In this document: one piece after another, positions 28,230-37,405 of the stretch
Position numbering within the stretch: position 1 is the first letter of the stretch
Layout of the letters: each line of letters begins with the position of its first letter
Assembly: GCA_003142185.1 (NCBI GenBank)
Contig: PLOR01000022.1
Coordinates: 2,336 to 66,335, forward strand
Source: Bryobacterales bacterium
GTDB taxonomy: Bacteria; Acidobacteriota; Terriglobia; Bryobacterales; Bryobacteraceae
Direction of reading: 5' to 3'
DNA: 64,000 nucleotides
Program-made: the position numbers and the translations under genes
Notes under the pieces: generated by a model
Seen by the model: only the letters and a program-made list of their open reading frames with translations
The model's database searches: none
What the model was told of the DNA's origin: nothing

Positions 28230-30134
28230 GTGCATGTTATGCCTCTGAGAGTATTCGTATGTCTGGCATTATTTACCACGACCGGTGCGATGGCGCAGTC
28301 CTCCGGCTTCCTGCTGGGGATGGATTACAGCGAAACGGCGCCGGTTCCTCTTTCCCTAATCGTCTGGGCGCCGATTGCGGCGGACGCCGCCGGAGAACTC
28401 TACATTCAGTCGATTTGTACTATGTCTGGCGTCGTTTCTGCTTGCATCACCAAGTTGTCTGCCGACGGACAGACCATCTTGTGGCAGCAGACCGGCGCGG
28501 GCTTCTCTTCCACCATGGCCGTCGACCCGAGCGGCGCCGTCTACCTCGCATGGGGGAATCAATCGGCATCGGCATTCGTGGTCGAGAAGCTGAGCCCCGA
28601 TGGCGCCACGGTCGTGTGGAAGACGCCGATCCCCGGCTCCGCGCTGGTGGATGGCAGTGCCCGCGGCGATCCAAGCCTCGCAGTCGATTCCTCGGGCCGC
28701 GCGTTCGTGGTCTGCGACGCGGCCACCGGAGGCGTAGTGGCTCGCTTGAATGCGGCCGGCGCGGTCGACTTCACGCTGCATGTGCCGGTCAAACCGCTCG
28801 CGATCGCGGTCGATCCCACCGGCTCGGACATTGTGGTCGCGGTGGGCGGCGGTATCGCGCGGCTGGCATCGGACGGCATCACCTGGATCGATATCGACCT
28901 GCCGCACCCGATCATAACGCCACCGCTCACCCTGCTTCCCAACCCGGTGCTGGCTGTCGCAGCCAATGGCGATGCGGTCATCTATGGCAGCGTGCCGAAC
29001 GGCGGCTGGGTGCTGCAGCGAATCGACCCGGCGGGCGCGGTGGTGTTCTCGAAGGCATTTCCCGCCGGCTCGGCAGGTGGCCTGGCGTTGGACGCAGCCG
29101 GCAACGCCTACATCACCGGCTACACCGGAAGCGCGCTGTACGCGGTTCGGAACAGTCTCGCGCCGTGCGGAGCCACGTGGCTGAGCGTGTATGCTCTGGA
29201 TGGCTCCGTTCTGCAGACGACGTACCTGCCCGGCGCCGCAGTGACGGGTTCCACGACCTACATTGCCGTCGACGCGGACTCCGCGGTCCACGTGCTGTCC
29301 GCAGTCCCTTCAGCCGCCGCGCCTGCGCGAACCGGCCCATTCGGCGCCGCGGCTGCGGGCACTTTGTACCGCTTCTCTCCCAACGCGAACGCGCAGACGC
29401 TATCGCTCGCCTGCATCGGCAACGGAGCGAGTTTCCTCACCGGGCCGGTCGCGCCGGGAGAGATTGTGAGCCTGTTCGGCAACGGGCTCGGGCCACAACA
29501 AGGCGTGCAGCCCGCCACGACGCAGAACCCGTACCCGACGCAGGCAGCCGGGGTGGAGGTGACGTTCGGCGGCACGCCTGCACCGTTGCTGTGGGTGCAG
29601 GATGCTCAGATCAACGCCGCCGTGCCATGGTCTCTCACCGGGGCGACAACCGAGGTCTGTGTGATGTATAGCAACGCGCAGTCGAACTGCCTCGCGTTGC
29701 CCGTGGCGCAGGTGTCACCCGGCGTTTTCACCGTGGATGGCATCCACGCCGCGGCCGTCAATCAGGATGGAACTCCCAACTCAGCCGCGAACCCAGCGCC
29801 GCTCAGCTCAGCCGTGTCGGTCTTTGGCACCGGCCTCGGCCCGTTCAGCGCCGCGCCTCTGGAGAGTTCGCTCGAAGGACTGCCGATCCCTGTCAACGCC
29901 CCGGTCGGTCTCGAAACCGGTTGCCCAAGCGCATACGATTGCCCGACTCCCATCTCATACAACACCATCTACGCGGGGCCCGCGCCATCGCAGGCCGCGG
30001 GGCTGAGCCGAATCGACTTCAAAGCCAGCGACGCGGTCTTGAACGACGGCCTGGTTCCCCTTTACCTGACACTTCAGACGCAATCCGGCCTGGCGCTCAG
30101 CAACCCGTTTCAGATTTACGTGACCGGCCAATGA
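28230..30134 (+). CDS. Secreted beta-propeller-repeat protein with Solibacter-type C-terminal Ig-like domain
   Basis: 634 aa with a signal peptide. It has repeated AVD..G..YV blades and a C-terminal block NGASFLTGPVAPGEIVSLFGNGLGP...VTFGGTPAPLLWVQDAQINAAVPW...PGVF...VNQDGTPNSAANPA...VSVFGTGLGP. Confidence 0.75.
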   Translation: MHVMPLRVFVCLALFTTTGAMAQSSGFLLGMDYSETAPVPLSLIVWAPIAADAAGELYIQSICTMSGVVSACITKLSADGQTILWQQTGAGFSSTMAVDPSGAVYLAWGNQSASAFVVEKLSPDGATVVWKTPIPGSALVDGSARGDPSLAVDSSGRAFVVCDAATGGVVARLNAAGAVDFTLHVPVKPLAIAVDPTGSDIVVAVGGGIARLASDGITWIDIDLPHPIITPPLTLLPNPVLAVAANGDAVIYGSVPNGGWVLQRIDPAGAVVFSKAFPAGSAGGLALDAAGNAYITGYTGSALYAVRNSLAPCGATWLSVYALDGSVLQTTYLPGAAVTGSTTYIAVDADSAVHVLSAVPSAAAPARTGPFGAAAAGTLYRFSPNANAQTLSLACIGNGASFLTGPVAPGEIVSLFGNGLGPQQGVQPATTQNPYPTQAAGVEVTFGGTPAPLLWVQDAQINAAVPWSLTGATTEVCVMYSNAQSNCLALPVAQVSPGVFTVDGIHAAAVNQDGTPNSAANPAPLSSAVSVFGTGLGPFSAAPLESSLEGLPIPVNAPVGLETGCPSAYDCPTPISYNTIYAGPAPSQAAGLSRIDFKASDAVLNDGLVPLYLTLQTQSGLALSNPFQIYVTGQ

Positions 30135-30144
30135 GGAGCTTCGC

Positions 30145-32001
30145 ATGATGCTTTGGAGATCGTCTTTTTGGCTGGCGGCGCTGGCCGTGACGGGCGCGGC
30201 GGCAGCCCCGAGCTTCCGTCTGGGAATCGACTATATCGAGTGGGGGCCGTTCACCCTCGAAACCACAACGCAGATTGCCGCCGACAACGCCGGAGAGCTT
30301 TACATCTTCACCATCTGCTCACCCGTTGTGGACGGCCCGCCGTGTGGGACGAACATCACCAAACTGTCCGCCGACGGCAGGACCATACTCTGGCAAACCG
30401 ATCTCGGATTCACGTCGCAGCTTGCCGTCGGCGGCGACGGCAGTGTTTACGTCGTCGAAGCCGCGGAGTTCAACCTGGTCGCAACGAAGCTGAGCGCGGA
30501 CGGAGCCGGCGAGACGTGGCGCGCGGTGCTCGGCCCGAATCTGGGTTCCGCATCGAAATGCAGCGGCCTTGCGGTCGATTCGAACGGCCGCGCTTTCGTG
30601 GCCGTGGATTCTCTCAATGCGAACGGCCAGCAGACCGGGTGCGCGGCGGTTCGCCTGAGCGCCGCAGGCCCAATCGACGCCACATTTCCCGGTGCGCCGC
30701 AGCAAACGTATCGCGTCGCGGTGGATCCGTCCGGCGCGGACGTCGTCGTGGCGGGAGCGGGCTTTGCCCGCCTCTCGCAAAGCGGCACTTGGACGGCCTT
30801 CACGCCGCAGAACCTTGTGTATGCAGTGGGGCTCGCGGTCGATGCGAACGGGGACGCCGTCCTGTCCGGCCAAAATGGCACCAGCCTGGACTCGTTCCTC
30901 GAGCGCGTCAATCCCGCCGGCGCGACCGTCTTCTCGATTACCACCGCGGGCTACGGACTTGCACTCGACGCGGCGGGGAACGCATACGTCACGGGCAACA
31001 GCGGAGGATTCCTCCATCCGGTCTTGAACACCGTTGCGCCGTGCGGATCGACGTGGCTGAGTGCATACGGCAAGGATGGGTCGCTGCTGCAGACGACCTA
31101 CGTCGCCGGTGCCAGCCTCGTCGCGGTCACTCCGGATTCCACCGTGTTCGTCTGGAACTCGGAAACTTCGGCCACACCCACGCAGATCGGCCCGTTTCCG
31201 CAGCTTCCGAATGACCCGCGCTACGGATCGGCTGTTCTGTCCCGCCTCACGCCGCACGCCGACGCACAGGTCCTCCCGCTGGCGTGCGTTGCCAATGCGG
31301 CCAGTTACGGCACCGGGCCGGTTTCGGCAGGCGAGCTGGTTTCGCTCGGCGGGAACGGGCTCGGGCCGCCGCAGGGCATCCAGCTCACAGCCACGCCGCA
31401 GACACCGTACCCGACGCAGGCGGGCAACGTCTCGGTCACCTTTGACGGCATACCAGCGCCTCTACTCTGGGTGCAGGACGCACAGATCAACGCGGCCGTT
31501 CCCTGGGAAGTCGCCGGGCCCACCACACAGGTCTGCGTCACATACAACAACGTGAAGACCAATTGCCTGACTTGGCCCGTGGCGCAGGTAACTCCGGCCG
31601 TATTCATGCAAGACTCCTCTTACGCGGCGGCCCTCAATCAGGACGGCACGCCGAACTCAGCCGCCAACCCGGCGCAGCCCAATTCCATCGTGTCCGTCTT
31701 CGCTACCGGCCTCGGGCCCATCAGCCCCGCGCAGCCCGATGGCTCGCTGATTGGCCTGCCTCTGCCCGTGGACGTGCTGCCAATCACGCTGGAGTCCTGC
31801 ACTCCGCAGCCGATGACGGGAATGTGCTTCCCGCCGTTACCCAGCCCCAGCACCACCTATGCCGGGCCCGCGCAATCCCAGATCGCCGGAGTAAGTCAAA
31901 TCAGTTTTCACGCCAGCAACCTGGGTAGCTACCTGTATGTGACGGTCGGGTCGGCCGCAGCTACAAGCAACTACTTCCATATCCATGTGGCCGGCCAATA
32001 G
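30145..32001 (+). CDS. Tandem paralogue of the preceding beta-propeller / Solibacter C-terminal-domain protein
   Basis: 618 aa with the same architecture. Long identical strings are shared with the neighbour (PAPLLWVQDAQINAAVPW, NQDGTPNSAANPA, CGATW/CGSTWLS). Confidence 0.75.
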   Translation: MMLWRSSFWLAALAVTGAAAAPSFRLGIDYIEWGPFTLETTTQIAADNAGELYIFTICSPVVDGPPCGTNITKLSADGRTILWQTDLGFTSQLAVGGDGSVYVVEAAEFNLVATKLSADGAGETWRAVLGPNLGSASKCSGLAVDSNGRAFVAVDSLNANGQQTGCAAVRLSAAGPIDATFPGAPQQTYRVAVDPSGADVVVAGAGFARLSQSGTWTAFTPQNLVYAVGLAVDANGDAVLSGQNGTSLDSFLERVNPAGATVFSITTAGYGLALDAAGNAYVTGNSGGFLHPVLNTVAPCGSTWLSAYGKDGSLLQTTYVAGASLVAVTPDSTVFVWNSETSATPTQIGPFPQLPNDPRYGSAVLSRLTPHADAQVLPLACVANAASYGTGPVSAGELVSLGGNGLGPPQGIQLTATPQTPYPTQAGNVSVTFDGIPAPLLWVQDAQINAAVPWEVAGPTTQVCVTYNNVKTNCLTWPVAQVTPAVFMQDSSYAAALNQDGTPNSAANPAQPNSIVSVFATGLGPISPAQPDGSLIGLPLPVDVLPITLESCTPQPMTGMCFPPLPSPSTTYAGPAQSQIAGVSQISFHASNLGSYLYVTVGSAAATSNYFHIHVAGQ

Positions 32002-32098
32002 CGGGCGTCAGAGCTATCGAATCAATCGATGCACTCAGTAGAACACGCGTTGGAATGGGCCTCGTTCAGGCATGAACGGCGCTCGTCTCGCGCGAGCG

Positions 32099-32446
32099 TT
32101 ATTCGCTATTCTCGGACACTGTTTTTCTTACGGTGTACTCGCGGGCTGTAATCATTCGTGCATTGGTCTCACGCGGCATGATCTTGACAGTGGCGGAGCG
32201 AGCGCGTGCGCCGATCATCGGGCTTAGTTGTGCCGGCGCCTTCGCTTCAGGCCAGTAGCGGAAGTTGCGGAGGCCGGCGCTGCCGGAGCCGGCGGCGAAA
32301 ACGGCGGGGCGGAGGTCGAGGAATCCGCCGAGGACGTTGTGGTGCATGCCGCTGACTTCAGCCGATTCGCGGGTCTTTTGCCAGCTTTGGCCGGGGAGGC
32401 GGAAGTAGAAATCGATTTCCTGATTGTCGTTGCTCGCGGATCGCAT
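32099..32446 (-). pseudogene. Possible C-terminal beta-sandwich fragment of a glycoside hydrolase (GH43-C-like)
   Basis: 115-aa ORF (IDFYFRLPGQSWQKT...HHNVLGGFLDLRPAVFAAGSG...FRY) with no catalytic domain upstream. The assignment is tentative. Confidence 0.25.
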
Positions 32447-32596
32447 GCGAGCGCTAGGTTATGAGTTACAACCGGGGTCGGCGGCACCGGTGTGGTCGCC
32501 ATTCTGCGCAACGGCGAAGGTCCATCGGTACTTTTGCGCACCGATATGGACGCTTTACCTGTTGAAGTACGGGTACGTTCATTTGCGCGGGAATAG
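32442..32596 (+). pseudogene. M20-family amidohydrolase (hippurate-hydrolase-like) N-terminal fragment with a frame break
   Basis: My translation gives RMRALGYE, then after a shift [34 protein letters not shown]..., followed by a stop at 32594. Confidence 0.5.
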
Positions 32597-32755
32597 ACTT
32601 CACAAGCAGGTAAGTCGTGGTATCGTTGGCTCGGCCCGGGAGGCAAAGGGGAATCCCGGTTCAATTGACCCATCCATTGGCCGTTTCGGTTACCTCGTCA
32701 AACGACTTGACAGGGGACCTGACGAGCCCGTTACAAAGAGAGGACAAGAAAAACA

Positions 32756-33424
32756 ATGCGCATGCTACTTACCGTCGTGGCCCTGTCTGCTGCCGCGGGT
32801 TTCGCCCAGGATGTCGTCCAGTTGGCGCCTGAGCGCGTGAAAGTACTCATTGAAAATGACCAAGTTCGTGTGCTCCGTTTCAGCGAGCCTGGGCACAGCA
32901 AGCTGCCGATGCATTCGCACCCGCCCTACGTGTCGGTGGCGTTCACGGCTGACTATTCCAAGTACATGTTTCCCGATGGGAAAACCAGTGAGGAACACAC
33001 CAAAGCGGGCGCCGTTGACTTTTTCAAAGCCGTCACGCACGCGTTCGAGAATCTTTCCGACAACACGGCTGAGTCCATCATGGTGGAGTTGAAGGACCGG
33101 CCGCCCGCAGCCGCGGCGGTGACGACGGAGATGGACCCCGTCAAAGTCGATCCCAAACATTACAAGGTGTTGATCGACAATGACCGGGTTCGCGTACTGC
33201 GAGCCAGGTACGGGCCACACGAGAAATCGGTGATGCACGAACATCCGGCCTCGGTCGCCGTGTTCATGACGGACAGCCACGCCAAATTCAGACTACGGGA
33301 CGGCACGTCCCAGGACATCAATACCAAAGCCCGCGATGTGACTTGGGCGCCCGCGGGAAAGCACCTGCCGGAAAACCTCGGCGACAAGCCGATGGAAGTG
33401 ATCGTGATCGAACTAAAGAGATAG
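32756..33424 (+). CDS. Secreted bicupin-like protein (two tandem cupin-like repeats)
   Basis: 222 aa with a signal peptide. There is an internal duplication: VKVLIENDQVRVLRFSEPGHSKLPMHSHPPYVSVAF versus YKVLIDNDRVRVLRARYGPHEKSVMHEHPASVAVFM. Confidence 0.6.
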   Translation: MRMLLTVVALSAAAGFAQDVVQLAPERVKVLIENDQVRVLRFSEPGHSKLPMHSHPPYVSVAFTADYSKYMFPDGKTSEEHTKAGAVDFFKAVTHAFENLSDNTAESIMVELKDRPPAAAAVTTEMDPVKVDPKHYKVLIDNDRVRVLRARYGPHEKSVMHEHPASVAVFMTDSHAKFRLRDGTSQDINTKARDVTWAPAGKHLPENLGDKPMEVIVIELKR

Positions 33425-33526
33425 CCGAAGCCACCTGAATGGGCTCCTGCCCCAAAAGGTAAAAGGGTGTTCAGGAGCCCCGAATCCACGGAGGTGCAGG
33501 CTTGGCGGTTCTCTGCGGAATAGGCG

Positions 33527-33550
33527 GCGTTAACGCGCCTTATCGGCCGA
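33527..33550 (+). repeat. Copy 9 of bipartite motif
   Basis: GCGTTA ACGCGCCT TATCGG CCGA, 100 bp downstream of the 33424 stop. Confidence 0.75.
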
Positions 33551-33764
33551 AGCGACACTAGCCTCCTGATCTTGGCCTCCCCGCCGCTCAGGCGAGCATC
33601 GAGGTCGGTTGGGAGATACTATTAGTCTGACCGAGACGCCGAACGTTGCCCTTTCTCAAGAGTTAGACTGCTATGCCGACCGACCCCAGGGAATACATCT
33701 GGCGTGGGCTCGAACATTCCCAGAGTGCTCCCCGTTCCGGACAAGTGAAGGCTTTTGCCTCACG

Positions 33765-33797
33765 GCGTTATGACCTGATCTCGCCAGCCCTGCGCTG
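33765..33797 (+). repeat. Copy 10 of bipartite motif (long form, second half degenerate)
   Basis: GCGTTA TGACCTGA TCTCGC CAGCCCTGCGCTG. It matches copy 4 at 29 of 33 positions. Confidence 0.65.
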
Positions 33798-33945
33798 TCA
33801 GCCCGTGCGTAGTGGCCGGTTGGCTGCTTTGCGATTCTTCGGCGCCAGCACAACGAAGGCTTCCGCCGCCGAAGCGCCGCCCGAGCCAGAAACCGAAGGG
33901 GGCCGTCGTGTATGGATGCGCTGTGCGACGGCAGAATTCTGGCGG

Positions 33946-34188
33946 TTAGGTCTCAGATCTTTCCGGCGGGCGCTTGGCACCCCGGCCCAGGAGCTGATGC
34001 AGGGCAAAGGGAACTTCGTCGGGGTGCGTTGCGCACCAGGCCACGATGCGCTCGAACTTGACGGTATCCTCAGCGATAGCGCTGATTTCCATCAGCTCGG
34101 TTTCGATGATCTCCGGGTCTCGCATAGAACATCCAGCATGGCACACGGCGGCCACCATTGGCACATTGGTTGGCTCGTTATCTACCAT
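33946..34188 (-). CDS. Small hypothetical protein
   Basis: 80-aa ORF, acidic and helical (DPEIIETELMEISAIAEDTVKFERIVAWCATHPDEV), divergent from the carbamoyltransferase. No family was recognised. Confidence 0.3.
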   Translation of the reverse strand: MVDNEPTNVPMVAAVCHAGCSMRDPEIIETELMEISAIAEDTVKFERIVAWCATHPDEVPFALHQLLGRGAKRPPERSET

Positions 34189-34338
34189 ACATAACTGCGC
34201 CTGCGGTCGTGCGGGCGCGATCCGGGCCGATCTCTGTGCGGCTCCCTTCCCAACGGTGGTCTACTCCGGCCGGCTATTCGCGCTCACCCGCTCATCATGC
34301 GGGGCAAAGGCGGTAGAATCGAAGGCTAGGAGAGGCCG

Positions 34339-36207
34339 ATGGATCGAAACACTGCGCGGCAAGACGCCTGGATACTTGGCATCAACTCCGCTTACCACGA
34401 ACCGTCGGCGTGTTTGGTCCACAACGGCAAGCTTGTGGCGGCTGCCGAGGAAGAGCGGTTTAGCCGGGTGCGGCATGGAAAGCCGGCGGATTTGAAGAAC
34501 CCGCATTGGCTGCCGGAGCAATCCATCCGGTATTGCCTCGCGGAAGCGGGTATTGAATCAGGAGCTATCACCGAGGTCGGCTACTCTTTTGCGCCCGAGT
34601 TGCGACTTGCCGGAAACGTAGCTGTCGACACCGAAGCCACTCCCGAAGGTGCGGGGACCATAGAAGGTGAGGAGCGATTCTATCGGCTTCTCCGCCAAGT
34701 GCCGCAACGGCTGAGCCTGCTGTTGGGGCAGGATGTGCGAGATCGGTTCCGCTGGATCGAGCACCACCTCTGTCACGCTGCCAGCGCGTTCTTTGTGTCT
34801 CCTTTTGAGGATGCGGCTGTTCTCTCCGTGGATGGGATCGGCGAGGCGGCCACCACTTGGCTGGGCCGGGGGCAAGGCAATCGCCTCCACTTACTCGCTG
34901 AGTTCGGGTATCCGAATTCGCTGGGTCTTCTTTGGACAAAGCTCTCCCGGTTCCTCGGCTTTGGGAACTACGGCCAATGGAAGGTCATGGCCTTGGCCGC
35001 TTACGGCGACCCGGATCGTTTCTATCCCGCCTTCCGGACTTTTGTGGAGTGCGACGACTCCGGCAATTTCGAGGTCGATGGCCGCACACTGCAGTTTCGC
35101 GTCGAGAGTTGCGCGTCGCTGGAACGGCTCTTCGGCCCTCGCTGCGGCAGGGAGGAAGAACTGGATGACCGCTTCCGCGACATCGCTGCCGCTCTCCAAC
35201 GAGTGACCAATGAGGCCCTTCTCGCTGTCGTGCGCCGGCTGAAGGCAGAGACAGACAGTAAGAATCTGTGCCTCGCGGGCGGTGTGGCGCTGAACTGCGT
35301 TGCCAACCGGTTGCTGCTGGAGGAAGGCGGCTTCGAAGACCTGTTCGTCCAGCCTGCCGCGAACGACGCAGGCACCGCGCTGGGTGCGTGCTATTACTTG
35401 TGGAACCAGGTGCTCGGCGGCGAACGCGTCGAGACAATGGTGCACTCCTACCTGGGACCGTCCTTCGCCCGGGACGCAGTGTGCTTGCTTTCGCAAGTTA
35501 ACCCGGAGGCGGTGGCCAAAGCGAGCAACCTGCCGGCACAAGTCGCCCGTCTCATCGCGCAAGGCAGCACGGTGGCGCTATTCCAGGGCCGCATGGAGTT
35601 TGGCCCGCGCGCGCTTGGCAACCGCAGTATCCTCGCCGATCCAAGGCGAGCCGATATGGTGCGGTTGCTGAATGACAAAGTGAAGCAGCGCGAGTGGTTC
35701 CGTCCATTCGCCGCCAGCGTGCTGGCGGAGCGTGCCTGCGAATGGTTTGCCATGGAACGGCGGACCATCGCCGATCGCTTCATGGTCCTCGCCTATCCTG
35801 TACGCCCGGAGAAGCTGGGCTTGATTCCCGCGGTCACTCACGTGGATGGCACCACGCGCCTCCAGACTGTGGATCGTGAGAACAACCTGGTGTTCCATCA
35901 AGTGATCGAAGAGTTCGCGCGCATCACCGGCGTGCCGCTGGTGCTGAACACATCTTTGAACGAGAGTGAACCTATCGTCTGTTCGCCGGCGGACGCGCTG
36001 CGTACTTGTCTGAAGTCGGGTGTTGACTACCTCGTGATCGAAGGTCACATCGTCGATATCGCCAGATGCCACGCGAGCGTGGCAGCCCTGCTCGACGTAA
36101 CTCCGCCGGTGCGCGATTCCATGCCGCAGCAGCAATCGTCGCCGGATTCGGCAGATGCGGAACCGGCGTTGGACGAGGATGTGGCGGCGGTCTTCATGAG
36201 CCGGTAG
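34339..36207 (+). CDS. NodU/CmcH/TobZ-family carbamoyltransferase
   Basis: 622 aa. The N-terminal ASKHA-like signature is ILGINSAYHEPSACLVHNGKLVAAAEEERFSRVRHGK, with HHLCHAASAFF further in. The C-terminal YrdC/carbamoyl-AMP domain includes FQGRMEFGPRALGNRSILADPR. Confidence 0.9.
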   Translation: MDRNTARQDAWILGINSAYHEPSACLVHNGKLVAAAEEERFSRVRHGKPADLKNPHWLPEQSIRYCLAEAGIESGAITEVGYSFAPELRLAGNVAVDTEATPEGAGTIEGEERFYRLLRQVPQRLSLLLGQDVRDRFRWIEHHLCHAASAFFVSPFEDAAVLSVDGIGEAATTWLGRGQGNRLHLLAEFGYPNSLGLLWTKLSRFLGFGNYGQWKVMALAAYGDPDRFYPAFRTFVECDDSGNFEVDGRTLQFRVESCASLERLFGPRCGREEELDDRFRDIAAALQRVTNEALLAVVRRLKAETDSKNLCLAGGVALNCVANRLLLEEGGFEDLFVQPAANDAGTALGACYYLWNQVLGGERVETMVHSYLGPSFARDAVCLLSQVNPEAVAKASNLPAQVARLIAQGSTVALFQGRMEFGPRALGNRSILADPRRADMVRLLNDKVKQREWFRPFAASVLAERACEWFAMERRTIADRFMVLAYPVRPEKLGLIPAVTHVDGTTRLQTVDRENNLVFHQVIEEFARITGVPLVLNTSLNESEPIVCSPADALRTCLKSGVDYLVIEGHIVDIARCHASVAALLDVTPPVRDSMPQQQSSPDSADAEPALDEDVAAVFMSR

Positions 36208-36213
36208 GCTCCT

Positions 36214-37389
36214 GTGCCGGAAGACACAGAAATGATCGATCTGGTTCCGGCGGACGGATACGTTGTTTCTCCCCTCGACTTCGCCGCACGCTTTTCGACG
36301 AACCTGTCCGGCGTGGAACGAATCTTCCTGGAGCAAAACGCGAGTCTCTTTGGCACCGAGGCGGAGATTCCTCCCACGCTGCGCACACCTTGGATTGCCG
36401 CCAGCGGCTCTGCCGGCGAAAACGCAGATCGGATCGTAGCTCGTCCCTCGGGCGTACGGTCCGCCGTATGGGATGCCGAACAAATCCAGTTCAAGGGATG
36501 CCGCCCGGCGCCTGAGGCCGCAGACTTCCCTTTCGAGCACGTGGAGTTCGGAGGCGACAGGATTATCTCGACGCGCGTCCCGTTCGGAGTCATGACGGCA
36601 GAGGCTGTCAGTCGCGAGTTGCTGGGTCACTGCTTCTGCAAGACTTATGGCATTCCGTGCGCCACCACTCCGATGTGTGTATTCGGTTATTCCAGCGGAC
36701 CCGCCGCAAACCGTTTCTGTTTGGTGTTGAAACTGGCAGGTGGAACGCGGGCGGAGAAGTTTCTCGGCACCAAACCGTTGCCCGTGTCGGAGCTTGTGTC
36801 GCCGTCGGCGGACAGCGCAGTCTTCACTGGTTCGGAGGTCGTAATGGAGGGCCTGAACACGGTGTGGCACGCGGACCAGAAGGGACGGTGGCTTGCCGAG
36901 TTGCATTTTCGCGGCGCATTTCGCGGCCTTCTAAACAACAACGTCGGCAACGATGTCGTCCAGTTCCTACCCAGCGGGAAGCATCGTTTCCTTCTACGCG
37001 ACTTCGATTCGTTCCAACTCATTTCGCTTCCATTGGCAGCATCGCGCGAGTTCCTGAGCGCGTTCGCCGTGCAGTGCGTGGTGGAAGTTGTCAAGGGAAG
37101 CTTGCCGATTCTGGATTATGTCTCCACGCAGACAGGTGAGGACGCGCAGCAGGTTTTGCCGCGGATCGGCGCCGTCTACCGGCGGAAAAGCTCACTCTGG
37201 AATTCCTACTTCCGCTATGCCCGGCTCAAGGCGCGGGCACTCGCATGGAGCGAGGCGGAATTCGTATCCGCTACCGAACGTGCGTTCGAATCCATGGCGT
37301 TTCTGGAGGCCTCTTGTTCGGTGATTCTGAGTGACTACGCCCTGGAGCGCCTTCGGCGGCGCCGGCCTCAACCGTACGTGTTTCACTGA
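36214..37389 (+). CDS. Hypothetical protein, possibly kinase-fold
   Basis: 391-aa ORF, 7 bp after the carbamoyltransferase stop. The segment NNNVGNDVVQFLPSGKHRFLLRDFDSF resembles a catalytic-loop plus DFD metal-binding motif of Kdo/aminoglycoside-kinase folds. This reading is tentative. Confidence 0.5.
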   Translation: MPEDTEMIDLVPADGYVVSPLDFAARFSTNLSGVERIFLEQNASLFGTEAEIPPTLRTPWIAASGSAGENADRIVARPSGVRSAVWDAEQIQFKGCRPAPEAADFPFEHVEFGGDRIISTRVPFGVMTAEAVSRELLGHCFCKTYGIPCATTPMCVFGYSSGPAANRFCLVLKLAGGTRAEKFLGTKPLPVSELVSPSADSAVFTGSEVVMEGLNTVWHADQKGRWLAELHFRGAFRGLLNNNVGNDVVQFLPSGKHRFLLRDFDSFQLISLPLAASREFLSAFAVQCVVEVVKGSLPILDYVSTQTGEDAQQVLPRIGAVYRRKSSLWNSYFRYARLKARALAWSEAEFVSATERAFESMAFLEASCSVILSDYALERLRRRRPQPYVFH

Positions 37390-37405
37390 GCCAGGTTTGA
37401 CTGAG

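Noticed and set aside
1267-33797. Reading the bipartite motif array as a classical integron (attC sites plus intI).
   Set aside because: The motif is about 24 nt and not part of a 57-141-bp imperfect palindrome. The GTTA... half only sometimes fits GTTRRRY, and no RYYYAAC partner is present. The adjacent integrase fragment has no IntI-specific insertion, and the cassette genes face both ways. I kept it only as a generic cassette-like hypothesis.
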